Source: Eledone cirrhosa
Taxonomy: Eukaryota
Length of the DNA: 64,000 nt
Assembly: GCA_964016885.1 (NCBI GenBank)
Contig: OZ024763.1
Location: 5,642,001 to 5,706,000 of the forward strand
Reading direction: 5' to 3'
Shown here: piece by piece, positions 38,620-52,260 of the stretch
How the letters are laid out: every line of letters starts with the position of its first letter
How positions within the stretch are numbered: the stretch's first letter is position 1
Made by a program: the position numbers and the translations under genes
Notes under the pieces: model-generated
Seen by the model: the letters and a program-made list of their open reading frames with translations, nothing else
What the model was told of the DNA's origin: nothing
Database searches by the model: none

Positions 38620-40095
38620 AGTAGTAATGGTGGTGGTGGTGGTGGTAGTGGTAATGGTGGTGGTGGTGGTGGTGGTTGTGGTAGTGGTAATGGTGGTAGT
38701 AGTAGTGGTGGTGGTGGTAGTGGTAATGGTGGTGGTAATGGTGGTAGTAGTAGTTGTGGTAATGGTGGTTGTGGTTGTGGTAATGGTGGTAGTAGTAGTT
38801 GTGGTAGTGGTAATGGTGGTAGTAGTAGTGGTGGTGGTGGTAGTGGTAATGGTGGTGGTAATGGTGGTAGTAGTAGTTGTGGTAATGGTGGTTGTGGTTG
38901 TGGTAATGGTGGTAGTAGTAGTTGTGGTAGTGGTAATGGTGGTAGTAGTAGTGGTGGTGGTGGTTGTGGTAATGGTGGTGGTAATGGTGGTAGTAGTAGT
39001 TGTGGTAATGGTGGTTGTGGTTGTGGTAATGGTGGTAGTAGTAGTTGTGGTAGTGGTAATGGTGGTAGTAGTAGTGGTGGTGGTGGTTGTGGTAATGGTG
39101 GTAGTAGTAGTTGTGGTAGTGGTATTGGTGGTAGTAGTAGTGGTGGTGGTGGTTGTGGTAATGGTGGTAGTAGTAGTTGTGGTAGTGGTAATGGTGGTAG
39201 TAGTAGTGGTGGTGGTGGTTGTGGTAATGGTGGTAGTAGTAGTTGTGGTAGTGGTATTGGTGGTAGTAGTAGTGGTGGTGGTGGTTGTGGTAATGGTGGT
39301 AGTAGTAGTTGTGGTAGTGGTAATGGTGGTAGTAGTAGTGGTGGTGGTGGTTGTGGTAATGGTGGTAGTAGTAGTTGTGGTAGTGGTATTGGTGGTAGTA
39401 GTAGTGGTGGTGGTGGTTGTGGTAATGGTGGTAGTAGTAGTTGTGGTAGTGGTAATGGTGGTAGTAGTAGTGGTGGTGGTGGTTGTGGTAATGGTGGTAG
39501 TAGTAGTTGTGGTAGTGGTATTGGTGGTAGTAGTAGTGGTGGTGGTGGTTGTGGTAATGGTGGTAGTAGTAGTTGTGGTAGTGGTAATGGTGGTAGTAGT
39601 AGTGGTGGTGGTGGTTGTGGTAATGGTGGTAGTAGTAGTTGTGGTAGTGGTATTGGTGGTAGTAGTAGTGGTGGTGGTGGTTGTGGTAATGGTGGTAGTA
39701 GTAGTTGTGGTAGTGGTAATGGTGGTAGTAGTAGTGGTGGTGGTGGTTGTGGTAATGATGGTAGTAGTAGTTGTGGTAGTGGTAATGGTGGTAGTAGTAG
39801 TGGTGGTGGTTGTGGTAACGGTAATGGTGGTAGTAGTAGTGGTGGTGGTGGTTGTGGTAGTGGTAATGGTGGTAATGGTGGTAGTAGTAGTGGTGGTGTT
39901 GGTGGTAGTAGTAGTGGTGGTAGTAGTAGTGTTGGTGGTAAAGGTAGTAGTAGTGGTGGTAGTAGTAGTGTTGGTGGTAAAGGTGGTAGTAGTGGTGGTA
40001 GTAGTAGTGTTGGTGGTAAAGGTGGTAGTAGTGGTGGTAGTAGTAGTGTTGGTGGTAAAGGTGGTGGTAGTGGTGGTGGGTGTGATGGTGGCAGT
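38620..40095. repeat. (GTR)n trinucleotide array with higher-order units
   Basis: Source of the poly-Val and poly-His pseudo-ORFs. Confidence 0.95.
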
Positions 40096-40167
40096 GGTAA
40101 TCTTTATGCATATCTGACCAACAGAACATCAAGACCAAGTGGGGCAGAACTTTGCCTGTCTATCTCA

Positions 40168-40198
<31 letters not shown>

Positions 40199-41541
40199 AC
40201 AGCCCCAACACAGCCCCCCCCCCCCCCCCCACACACACACACCCCACACACCCACACCCCACCCCAACACACACAGCCCCCCCCCCCCTCCCTATCTCCT
40301 GTGTTGTCCAGATTCCACATGACTGACTACAATACTAAACTGTGATTAGATATATTTTTTGGTGAATGAGGGGGGTGGGGGGTTAGCATACCTTCTTGTA
40401 TACACTCATATATATATATATATATACATATATACACACTCACACATATTTATACACTCACATATATATATACACTCACATATATATATATATACACATA
40501 TATACACACTCACATACATATATACACACTCACATACATATATACACACTCACACATATTTATACACTCACACACATATATACACTCACACATATATATA
40601 CACTCACATATATATATACACTCACATATATATATACACTCACATATATACACTCATATATATACACACTCATATATATATATATATATACACCCACACA
40701 TATATACACACACTTGTAGATATATGTATGCACACCCACATATACACACATATATATATAGACACACACACACACATATAGACATATACACTCAAGCACA
40801 CATATATATGTGTAGACACACACACAAACATTCACATATATATATACAGAATGAAATACAGGAAATCCATCAGCTGTCACATGATAGTGGTGGTGGTGGT
40901 GGTGGTGGTATGGTGGTGGTGGTGGTATGGTGGTACCAGTGGTAGTGGTATGGTGGTAGTGGTTGCAGTAGGGTTGTATTGATGGCTGTGGTGGTGGTGG
41001 TGGTATGGTGGTACCAGTATGGTGGTACCGGTATGGTGGTACCAGTGGTAGTGGTATGGTGGTAGTGGTTGCAGTAGGGTTGTATTGGTGGTGGTGGTAT
41101 GGTGGTGGTGGTGACGGTGGTACCGGTATGGTGATACCAGTGGTAGTGGTTGCAGTAGGGTTGTATTGATGGCTGTGGTGGTGGTGATGGCTGTGGTAGT
41201 GGTGGTGGTGGTGATGGTGGTACCGGTATGGTGATACCAGTGGTAGTGGTATGGTGGTAGTGGTTGCAGTAGGGTTGTATTGATGGCTGTGGCAGTGGTG
41301 GTGTTTGTGGTGGTATGATGATGGTATGGTGGTGTTGTAGTGGTGGTTGTGGTGGTGTAGTGGTGCTACTGGTGGTGTTGTAGTAGTGGTGGTTGTGGTG
41401 GTGTTGGTGTATAAAAAATGTAGATTATATACATTGGTAATAGTTGACGTTTACCTTCAGGCTACAAAACTAAAATTGTTTTTGTTGCTATTGTTGCTGT
41501 TGTTGTTGTTGTTACTATTGTTGCTGTTGTTGTTGTTGTAG

Positions 41542-41573
<32 letters not shown>

Positions 41574-41892
41574 GCTATTGTTGCTATTGTTGTTGTTGTT
41601 ACTGTTAGGTCAGGTGTTAAATATGTATGTGTATATGTGAAAATATGTAGGAATGTGTTTGTAGATGCGTGTATCTCCCAATGACACTATATGTATATAT
41701 GTGTATATATATATGTATATATGCATGTATATGTAAGCATGTATATATGCATGTATATGTAAGCATGTATGTGTATGTGTGTGTGTGTATATGCTTATGT
41801 ATGTCATCATCATCATCATCACTTTAACAGTTGCTTCCTTGCTATTCATGTGTATACATATATATATATATATACATACTATACATGCACAC

Positions 41893-41963
<71 letters not shown>

Positions 41964-42061
41964 GATATGTTCATATATGTATGTGTGTATCTATATATAT
42001 GCATCTATATGTGTGGGTGGGTCTGTGTGTATATATATATATATATATGTGTGTGGGTGGG

Positions 42062-42100
<39 letters not shown>

Positions 42101-42312
42101 ATATATATATAATGTTGAAGTCTGTAGGAATGTCACCTGCTACCTGCTCTTTGTACCATCTTCCCCACCCACCCAGCTGTATGCCCACCCCCCACTCTAC
42201 CTTCACTGCCACTCTAACCCCACCCCACCTCTGATGTCCTCTCTCACCTCACTTCATACCTTTTAGTCCAGGTATCATTGAATACCCACTGTTTTCTCCC
42301 AGTCACCCCCCA

Positions 42313-42344
<32 letters not shown>

Positions 42345-42671
42345 ACCACCACCTATATATGTAATAAACAGGTGAAAACTCCAGAGTAACAAGACTCACT
42401 ATTTAGTCTTAATAAAATGAATATTTAAACTCTATTTTGGTATTGAGTACTCTTTTCTCTGAGCCATCAACCATATATATATATATATATTTCGTTTCTG
42501 AATTTGTTTAGCAAGATTCTTATTGGCAACATGACCCTCCGAAAGTATAACAATATATATATATATATGCCCCAGCATGGCCTCAGCCGGATGGCTGAAA
42601 CAGGTAAAAGAGTAAAAGAGATATATATATATATATAAAGTGTGGTAAGAAACCAGGTGGACCTCTTTTCC

Positions 42672-42707
<36 letters not shown>

Positions 42708-42890
42708 TGTATGTATGTATGTATGTATGTATGGGATGCAAAAATGTAAAGTCTTATTAGGTTCACAGATAAAATCCCTACCGCGACATCAAGTGATTTC
42801 GGCTTTGCTGAACACACAAGACGAAAACGCACCACAGTCACAATTTTACTTCATCATCATCATCGTTTAACGTCTATCTTCCATGCTAGC

Positions 42891-42929
<39 letters not shown>

Positions 42930-42930
<1 letters not shown>

Positions 42931-43830
42931 GGCGGATATAGATGCAATTCAATTGAAGCACTCACAATCATGTAACTTCTTCAAAATAAGGATGATGGAG
43001 TAAAATTAAGGCAAATCAAAGATATGAAGACAGGGAAGGCAATCGGTCCATCGGGTAAAGCTGCCGAGATGCTGAAGGCATCTGGGTTGGTAGGTCACAC
43101 CATAACCACACAAATTGTTAACCAGGTAATACTAGAGGGTATTATACCAAAGGATTGGTGCAGCAGCATCATTGTCAACTGCTTACAAAGATAAAGGTGA
43201 TGCACTAGATAGAGGAAACTATAGAGGTATAAAGCTGATGGACCAGGTCATGAAAGTAATGGAAAGAGTTATAGCACAGTTGATTAGGGACCGGGTGAAA
43301 CTAGATGAGATGCAATTTGGATTTGTACCAGGAAAAGGCACCACTGATGCCCTCTTCCTTGTGAGGCAGTTACAGGAAAAGTACCTAGCTAAAAGTAAGC
43401 TGCTCTACCTGGCATTCGTCGATCTGGAAAAAGCCTTCGACAGAGTCCGCTGTGCTATAATCTGGTGGGTTCTTAGAAAACTAGGAGTAGATGAATGGCT
43501 TGTGAAAGCTGTACAAGCCATGTATAGAGGAGCAGTCAGCAAAGTTAGGGTTAACAATGACTATAGCAAGGAATTTAGCATACAGGTCGGTGTCCACCAG
43601 GGCTCTGTTCTTAGCCCTCTCCTGTTCATTATAGTTTTGCAGGCAATAACGGAGGAGTTTAAGACCGGATGCGCATGGGAACTCCTATATGCGGATGATC
43701 TCACACTTATAGCTGAATCCCTGGTGGAACTAGAGAAGAAATTCCAAACATGGAAGCAGGGACTAGAAAGAAAGGGTCTCAAAGTCAACCTGACAAAGAC
43801 TAAGGTTCTTGTAAGTAGACGAGAAAACAT
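42930..43830 (+). pseudogene. RTE-clade LINE reverse transcriptase fragment
   Basis: KAIGPSG, NYRGIKL, QFGFVPGKGTTDA, FVDLEKAFDRV, GVHQGSVLSPLLF, LLYADDL; one frameshift near 43175. Confidence 0.92.
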
Positions 43831-44028
43831 ACGGAAAAAAGCACCCAGCACTCACTGTAAATGAGGTTGGTGTTAGGAAGGGCATCCAGCTATAGAATCA
43901 GCCAGAATCAGTTCATGTATGAGCAAGACAAGGTCAGCTGACTGGACACTGCCCACAACAGGACAACCCGTTTAACCCATGCTAGCGTGGAAGAACGGAC
44001 GTAAAACGGTGATGATGATGATGATGAT
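43830..44028 (+). mobile_element. SINE/RTE-type 3' tail fused to the RT fragment
   Basis: acggaaaaaagcacccagcactcactg... matches S2; ends aacccatgctagcgtggaagaacggacgtaaaacggt(gat)n. Confidence 0.75.
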
Positions 44029-44477
44029 ATATATATATATTGATTGGATCATTTAAGCACCACCATTATCATTGCCATCACCACCACCACTACAAAGACC
44101 ATTACCTCTCTATATAAACTGTCAGCTGTTAGTGACAAAACTCTTCAACTGACACACCCCACCACTGCTTCCTTCATCTTACACCACCACACCACCTCAT
44201 TCCAGTATTACACTCCACCCTACATATCACAACCACTTCCTTAACACTCCACCCTACACCACCACCACATCCTAAACCCACCACACACATCACCACTGTT
44301 TCCTACACCGCCACACTCCAGCCTAAACCTCACCCCATCACTACCCTACATATCCCTACTGATCCCTTCATATTCCACTGTACCAAGTCCTCTAATACAT
44401 TGTACCAAGTACTAATACCCTGTATAGAGGGGATAAGTCCACCACATACACAACCTTCAGTGTCCCTCTATATATCG

Positions 44478-45645
44478 ACAACAGTTACTTTAGCTGCTAT
44501 TTCTAGCACATCATATAACCACATACAGGTCTCTCAACCACAGTAACTTTAACTGCTATTTCTAGCACATCATATAACCACGTACAGGTCTCTCAACCAT
44601 AGTAACTTTAACTGTTATTTCTAGCACATCATATAACCACATACAGGACTCTCAACAACAGTGACTTTAGCTGCTATTTCTAGCTTGTCATATAACCACA
44701 TACAGAACTCTCAACAACAGTAACTTTAGCTGCTATTTTTAGCACATCATATAACCACGTACAGGTCTCTCAACCACAGTAACTTTAACTGCTATTTCTA
44801 GCACATCATATAACCACATACAGGACTCTCAACAACAGTGACTTTAGCTGCTATTTCTAGCTTGTCATATAACCATATACAGAACTCTCAACAACAGTAA
44901 CTTTAGCTGCTATTTCTAGCACATCATATAACCACATACAGGACTCTCAACAACAGTGACTTTAGCTGCTATTTCTAGCTTGTCATATAACCATATACAG
45001 AACTCTCAACAACAGTAACTTTAGCTGCTATTTCTAGCACATCATATAACCACATACAGGACTCTCAACAACAGTAACTTTAGCTGCTATTTCTAGCACA
45101 TCATATAACTACATACAGGACTCTCAACAACAGTAACTTTAGCTGCTATTTCTAGTACATCATATAACCACATACAGGACTCTCAACAACAGTAACTTTA
45201 GCTGCTATTTCTAGCACATCATATAACTACATACAGGAGTCCCAACAACAGTAACTTTAGCTGCTATTTCTAGCACATCATATAACTACATACAGGAGTC
45301 CCAACAACAGTAACTTTAGCTGCTATTTCTAGCACATCATATAACTACATACAGGAGTCCCAACAACAGTAACTTTAGCTGCTATTTCTAGCACATCATA
45401 TAACTACATACAGGAGTCCCAACAACAGTAACTTTAGCTGCTATTTCTAGCACATCATATAATCACATACAGGACTCTCAACAACAGTAACTTTAGCTGC
45501 TATTTCTAGCACATCATATAACCACATACAGGACTCTCAACAACAGTAACTTTAGCTGCTATTTCTAGCACATCATATAACCACATACAGGACTCTCAAC
45601 AACAGTAACTTTAGCTGCTATTTCTAGCACATCATATAATCACAT
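44478..45645. repeat. 59-bp minisatellite, ~20 copies
   Basis: Unit ctctcaacaacagtaactttagctgctatttctagcacatcatataaccacatacagga. Confidence 0.95.
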
Positions 45646-45747
45646 CCTTCGTGTGTTTGTACTCAAATTACTTTTTCACTCGTTTAGTCATTTCTGTTTC
45701 ATTACGAAAGCATTTCTCTCTCTCTCTTTATCTATCTTTCTCCCTCC

Positions 45748-45793
<46 letters not shown>

Positions 45794-46508
45794 TCTATCT
45801 TTCTCCCTCCCCCTCTCTCTCTCTCTCTCTCTCTCTCATTATCTATCTTTCTCCCTCCCCCTCTCTCTCTCTATCTCTCTCTCTCATCTATCTTTCTCCC
45901 TCCCTCTCGCATTCTATCTATCTCACTATCTACTTCTCTATCTCAACTGCCTCACACTATATCTACCCGTCTCCCTCTCTATCTATCTCTCTCTCTCTCT
46001 CTAACACTATCAGTCTATCTGTCCCTCTTCACTCCCCCCCTCCCCCCCACCATGTAATAACAACCTCTGCTATCTTACCATGTTTACTACACAGTCAAAC
46101 TGTGTAGTTACTATTTTGGTTAGTGTTGCTGTCAGAGACTAGGGAAGGGGGAGAGGAGGAGGAGGAGTGATTAGGGAGCAACAAAACCTTGCACAGTCTT
46201 GGGGGTGAGGAGGAGGAGGAGGAGGAGGAGGTGGCGGGGACAGGTCTTAGCATATGGTAGCAAAGAAATAAAAAAAAATTATTTTGTAACCCTTTAAATA
46301 TTGCGTGGGTAGATGTGGATGGTGTGGGGGGGGGGGGCACATATCTTCAGCCCTGCCCTCCTTTTCCTCCTTAATCCTCCATTTTCATCCCCCCCCCCAC
46401 CCCCACCACCACCACCACCCCCACATTATGTAATGTCTATACACTTACTTCCCCCTCACTGCCCACCCCCCACCCCCAAATAGACACCACCACCACTATA
46501 ACCATACA

Positions 46509-46948
46509 ATTGTTTCTACTTTTGGCACAAGGCCAGCAATTATCCCAGTGCATTACTGGTACTTTATTTTATCAACCGCTCGAAGGATGAAAGGCAAAGC
46601 TAACCTCATCATTTCATTACATTTTACGTCCGCTTTTTCCCTGCTTGCAAGGGTGGGACGGGAACTGATTCTGGCTTGATCTCTACAGCTGGATGCCCTT
46701 CCTTACACCAACCTCATTTACAGTGAGTGCTGGGTGCTTTTTTGCCGTGGCACCTCCACGACCACTTTACAGTGGAATGATAGGGACCCCAGTCCCTATC
46801 ATCTCATTTCTACAGCTGAGTAAACTGGAGCAATGTGAAATAAAGTGTCTTGCTCAAGGAAACAACACATCACCCGGTCTGAGAATTGAACTCACAACCT
46901 TTTGATTGCAAGGCCAATGCTCTAACCACTAAGCCATGTGCCTCCACA
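46509..46948 (-). mobile_element. Full-length SINE S2 (46606-46948) abutting a truncated SINE S1 (46509-46607)
   Basis: Minus strand begins gtggaggcacatggcttagtggttagagc. Confidence 0.85.
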
Positions 46949-46956
46949 TGTATATG

Positions 46957-47002
<46 letters not shown>

Positions 47003-47197
47003 TACCACAATGCCACCCCACCACCACCACCACCACCACCACAGTAATAACAGTTTCACCAACAATAATTACTGTAAATAACTGGTTAGTGAAATAACAA
47101 TTGTAAATAGTTTTTGGTAGAAAATAAACAAGAGAGGGGGTGGGGGGAGTATATATACATAGAGAGAGGGGGGAAATATATATAGAGGGGGTGAGAG

Positions 47198-47229
<32 letters not shown>

Positions 47230-47429
47230 AAACCAAGTGACATTGATACTGTTGATTTTGATGATGATGTAATCTATACTAAAAGACCTATAGCAAAGAC
47301 AGACAGACACACACAAATAGTTAGGTTGACAGACAGACAGACAGCAAGGCTGACAGACAGACAGCAAGGCTGATAGACAGACAGACAGTAAGGCTGACAG
47401 ACAGACAGCAAGGCTGATAGACAGATTTC

Positions 47430-47908
47430 TGTTTATTTGCCACTAGGGCACAAAAGAAAGGGACATGTACATGGGTGGGGGGAGTTTACATGAAAATCGA
47501 GTAAGAAAAATATAATAAACAAAATAATAACAAGAAGGTCCTCAATAGAGAGGGATCGTTTTGGGGTCACACACACCCCCGAAAAAAGTGTGCGACCCTT
47601 CTCCACGGGAGCACAAAGAGAGGGTGCTCCCTTCTTTCTGTTCCACCTACAGGCTGAGGTAGAGAGAAGGCCCATTCACACGGGCCATTCTCGCAACTTT
47701 CACCCACCTTTCATAAAACTTGCTGGAGTGGAGCACCTCTCTCTCCATCCTGATCCTTCTTCCGAAATGGTATCGGAAGAAAAGGACCAGTTGTTGGCCG
47801 GAGAGAAAGGTGTCCGACCTCAGCCCTTTCAGACGCGTCCACCATATAGCCTCTTTTACCATGGCTATTACACAGAGGAAGACCGCCTCTCCTTCATTTG
47901 CAAGGCTC
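47430..47908 (-). pseudogene. L1/Tx1-like LINE 3' end (ORF2 C-terminus and 3' UTR) inserted in a (GACA)n tract
   Basis: AMVKEAIWWTRLKG...RMEREVL...FYERW resembles the L1/Tx1 C-terminal K..IW..R pattern; AATAAA at the 3' end. Confidence 0.6.
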
Positions 47909-48172
47909 ACAGACAGACAGTGTCAGATAGATAGATTGACAGACATATAGCCAGACACAGACAGCAAGACAGACAGACAGCAAGGCTGACAGACAGACAG
48001 ATAGATTGTCAGACAGACATTACGGAGTCTGTTAGTCTTCCTGTCAATTTATTGCCTTAGAAAAGCTATTAAGGACATATCAACTGATTTGATCTATAGT
48101 TGTGTCTGTTGGGGGCGGTGTCATGTCTGTCTGACCAACTATATACTGAACAAAATCACTGAACCTTTAAAG

Positions 48173-48616
48173 CAGAGGTTCTCAAAGTGGGCACTATCGC
48201 CCCCTGGGGAGGGCGTTTAGGTCCAGGGTGGCGTTGGGACCCAAGGGGGCAGTGGCGGGGTGGTAGAGTTGCTATAACAGTATATTAAATATCAAATGAT
48301 ACATATTATATTCGAGGTAAACTTTGCCTTTCATCCTTACGAGGTCGATAAAATAAAGTACCAGTAATGCACTGGGATAATTGCTGGCCTTGTGCCAAAA
48401 GTAGAAACAATTATATATAAATATAGTAAAATAAAAAAAATATATAATGTTTATTTATACATAGTATATATTATATTATTATATATAAATTAACCATTTT
48501 ATCTATTATATATTTACAATTTGTGTGTAGGTAGGTCTGTCTGGAGATAGGGGTGGGGGCTGAGGGGGTTACATGGCCGTGAGGGTCGGGTGACCCAAAC
48601 AGTTTGAGAACCTTTG
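48173..48616. mobile_element. hAT-type MITE (same family as 820-1582) with a truncated SINE S1 at 48313-48412
   Basis: TIRs CAGAGGTTCTCAAA / TTTGAGAACCTTTG; homologous body. Confidence 0.75.
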
Positions 48617-49095
48617 TTTTAACTCTACAAAATACTTCAGTAATGCTGGTTTAGTCACTGCCTCCATCTCTCTCTCTATTATAAGTAAATGGGTGCCAAA
48701 ATAGAGAAGGCATTTCCCAAGAGGATGGTGTGGGAGACACATTGGAAGAGCCATTCCAACTCGCAAGGGTCACACCTGTGGGTAGCCAACTCTATGCCGA
48801 TGGTGGTGAGCAGGGAGCTGATCGTGGGGCCAAAGACACCAGAAGTTACATGTTAAACTAACCATAAAAATACCAGACAGGTTTTACCAAATTCTGTCTT
48901 CTCAGTTTTGTGGGGACCAAAATAGAAATTACTGTAGTTGAGTTCAAAATGTCCTTGATTTTAACAATACACAGTTCTTTGATCAAGTGTTTATATCTAA
49001 AAACAATCTTCCACCACGATTTTATGTAAGAAACTTTGTTGTGTTCCAAACACCAGTTTATAATGAGAAAATTAATTATATTACTAAATCTAAGC

Positions 49096-49947
49096 TGTGT
49101 CTTTCATTAGAAATATAGTAATGAAAGGGTTAAAGACATAGGTAGTGTCTTTCATTAGAAATATAGTAATGAAAGGGTTAAAGACATAGGTAGTGTCTTT
49201 CATTAGAAATATAGTAATGAAAGGGTTAAAGACATAGGTAGTGTCTTTCATTAGAAATATGGTAATGAAAGGGTTAAAGACATAGACAGTGTCTTTCATT
49301 AGAAATATGGTAATGAAAGGGTTAAAGACATAGACAGTGTCTTTCATTAGAAATATGGTAATGAAAGGGTTAAAGACATAGACAGTGTCTTTCATTAGAA
49401 ATATGGTAATGGAAGGGTTAAAGACATAGACAGTGTCTTTCATTAGAAATATGGTAATGAAAGGGTTAAAGACATAGACAGTGTCTTTCATTAGAAATAT
49501 GGTAATGGAAGGGTTAAAGACATAGACAGTGTCTACCATTAGAAATATGGTAATGAAAGGGTTAAAGACATAGACAGTGTCTTTCATTAGAAATATGGTA
49601 ATGAAAGGGTTAAAGACATAGACAGTGTCTTTCATTAGAAATATGGTAATGAAAGGGTTAATGACATAGACAGTGTCTTCCATTAGAAATATGGTAATGA
49701 AACGTTTAAAGACATAGACAGTGTCTTTCATTAGAAATATGGAAATGAAAGGGTTAAAGATATAGACAGTGTCTTTCATTAGAAATATGGTAATGAAAGT
49801 GTTAAAGATATAGATAGTGTCTTTCATTAGAAATATGGAAATGAAAGGGTTAAAGACATAGACAGTGTCTTTCATTAGAAATATGGTAATGAAAGGGTTA
49901 AAGACATAGGTACTTTCATTAGAAATATGGTAATGAAAGGGTTAAAT
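49096..49947. repeat. 45-bp minisatellite, ~19 copies, each containing a piggyBac-like end (AAAGGG-TTAA)
   Basis: Unit aaagggttaaagacatagacagtgtctttcattagaaatatggtaatg. Confidence 0.9.
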
Positions 49948-50209
49948 ATAGACTGGTGTGGTTTAGTAACATATGGAATGGTGAGAATGCCATTAATGTC
50001 TGCTTTAGTTACAAAAGAAGCTCTCGTGATTATAATATACACCTTACCTTATATGGGGTTAAAGAAGGGGTGGGTGGAGGTCAGGTGTGGTGGTGGTAGT
50101 GTTAGGGTCATATTCCTCTGCAATAAAATCATGTAAATGGTATTTCTTCTGGTGTGAAGGGTAAATAACATTGTTGTGTGTTGTTTGATTGTTATAAACA
50201 TTGTTAGTA

Positions 50210-51180
50210 GGGGTGGGTAGACAAAGGTGGGGTGTGATATTACCTCAAATGTCTGGGGTTTTGGTACTGCAGTGAGTTATATGTGGGTAGACTAAGGTGG
50301 GGTGTGATATTACCTCAAATGTCTTGGGTTTGGGTACTGCAGTGAGTTAGGGGTGGGTAGACTAAGGTGGGGTGTGATATTACCTCAAATGTCTGGGGTT
50401 TGTGTACTGCAGGCAGTCAGGGTAGATGTATCACTAGGAGTAGTAAAAGTGGGTAGATTTAGGTGTGGGGTGAAATAATACCTCGATTTGGGTATGTGTG
50501 TACTGCAGACTGTGAAAAAGTACATTTTAATAGGGGTTTGGGATATTGCAAACAGCTAGGGTGGGCATATTTACAAGGGTTGGAGCACTGCAAACAGCTG
50601 GGTGTAAGTATTAGTAGGGGTCGGTAGATTGGAGTTGAAATACCTTGAATATCTGGTGTTTGGGTACTGCAAACAGCTATGGTGGATGTGTTTGTAGGGG
50701 TTGAAGTACTGCAGATAGCTGGGGTGGATGTGTTTGTAGGAGTTGAAGTACTGCAGATAGCTGGGGTGGATGTGTTTGTAGGGGTTGAAGTACTGCAGAT
50801 AGCTGGGGTGGATGTGTTTGTAGGAGTTGAAGTACTGCAGATAGCTGGGGTGGATGTGTTTGTAGGGGTTGAAGTACTGCAGACAGCTGGGGTGGATGTG
50901 TTTGTAGGGGTTGAAGTACTGCAGACAGCTGGGGTGCATATAATTGAAGGGGTGGGTAGATTGGAGTTGAAATAACTTGAATATCTTGAGTTGAGTACTG
51001 CTGTCAGCTGGGGTGCACATTTTATCAGGGATTGCAGTACTGCAGCCAGCTGGGGTGCAGATTTTAGTTGGGGGTCGAGATAATGCAAACAGCCAGGGTG
51101 AATTTATTAGCAAAGATGGATAGATTGAAATTGAAATAGCTGAAATATTTGGGGTTTGGGGTACTGCAGACAGCTGTGGG
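50210..51180. repeat. Diverged repeat block with gtactgcag cores, including a 42-bp array (50680-50935)
   Basis: Direct inspection. Confidence 0.8.
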
Positions 51181-51538
51181 TGTATAACCCACCACTGCAG
51201 ACACCACACCACTACCCCTGATCATTTCCCATACATTTACATATCTTCCTCAGTCACCCCAACCTCCACCCCATCCATCTACACCACTCTGCTGCCACAT
51301 CACCACCCCACTACCACTGCCCCTCTACGACACCCCCACTATCACCCCTCGCCCCTCCCCCACTATCATCCGGCTACCCCAAGCCACCAAGTGGGTGTAT
51401 ATATGTATATATATGTATATATATATATATATATACATATTTGTGTGTATATATATGTATATATATATACACACACACAAATATGTATGTATATATATAT
51501 ATATATATACATACATATGTATAAATATACATAAATAT

Positions 51539-51599
<61 letters not shown>

Positions 51600-51760
51600 T
51601 ACACACAACTATGTATATATGTATATTTATACATATATATGCATAAATATGTGTGTATATTTATGTATATTTATACATATGTATGCATAAATGTGTATAT
51701 TTATATTTATACATGTGTGTATATATATATATATATGTATGTATATATGTATACATATGG

Positions 51761-51798
<38 letters not shown>

Positions 51799-51812
51799 TA
51801 TATGTATACATA

Positions 51813-51843
<31 letters not shown>

Positions 51844-51880
51844 GTATACATGTGTGTGTATATATATATATGTATACATA

Positions 51881-51918
<38 letters not shown>

Positions 51919-51959
51919 CATATGTGTGTGTGTATATATATATATGTATATATGTATAC

Positions 51960-51997
<38 letters not shown>

Positions 51998-52260
51998 TTG
52001 AGTGTGTATATATATATGTATATACATTGTACAACAGCGACACCAGTGGTAGATTAATGAACTAATTAAAACTATCACTAGTGTCAATTAAAACTACTTA
52101 AATATGTGTTAATTAAATTTTGATAAAGGATTAACCCTGATTAGAACGAGTTAATCCATTGGTTTTACCTGAGATCAGGTGTGAGATTGATAATGGAGAT
52201 AATCTGCTTTAGTTGATAATGTCCTACTTATTGATGACGCTCTCTCTCTGGTCTGGCTTA

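Noticed and set aside
38561-40138. 518-aa poly-Val and 520-aa His/Tyr ORFs
   Set aside because: These are translations of a (GTR)n array. The same applies to all YI-, CV- and HT-repeat ORFs in the track.
46870-46948. tRNA-like sequence (also 32165, 53652 and the S1 heads)
   Set aside because: It has no complete cloverleaf and is contiguous with SINE bodies, so these are SINE heads rather than tRNA genes.
49090-49875. 261-aa repetitive hydrophobic ORF
   Set aside because: It is a reading frame through the 45-bp minisatellite, with no splice or homology support.
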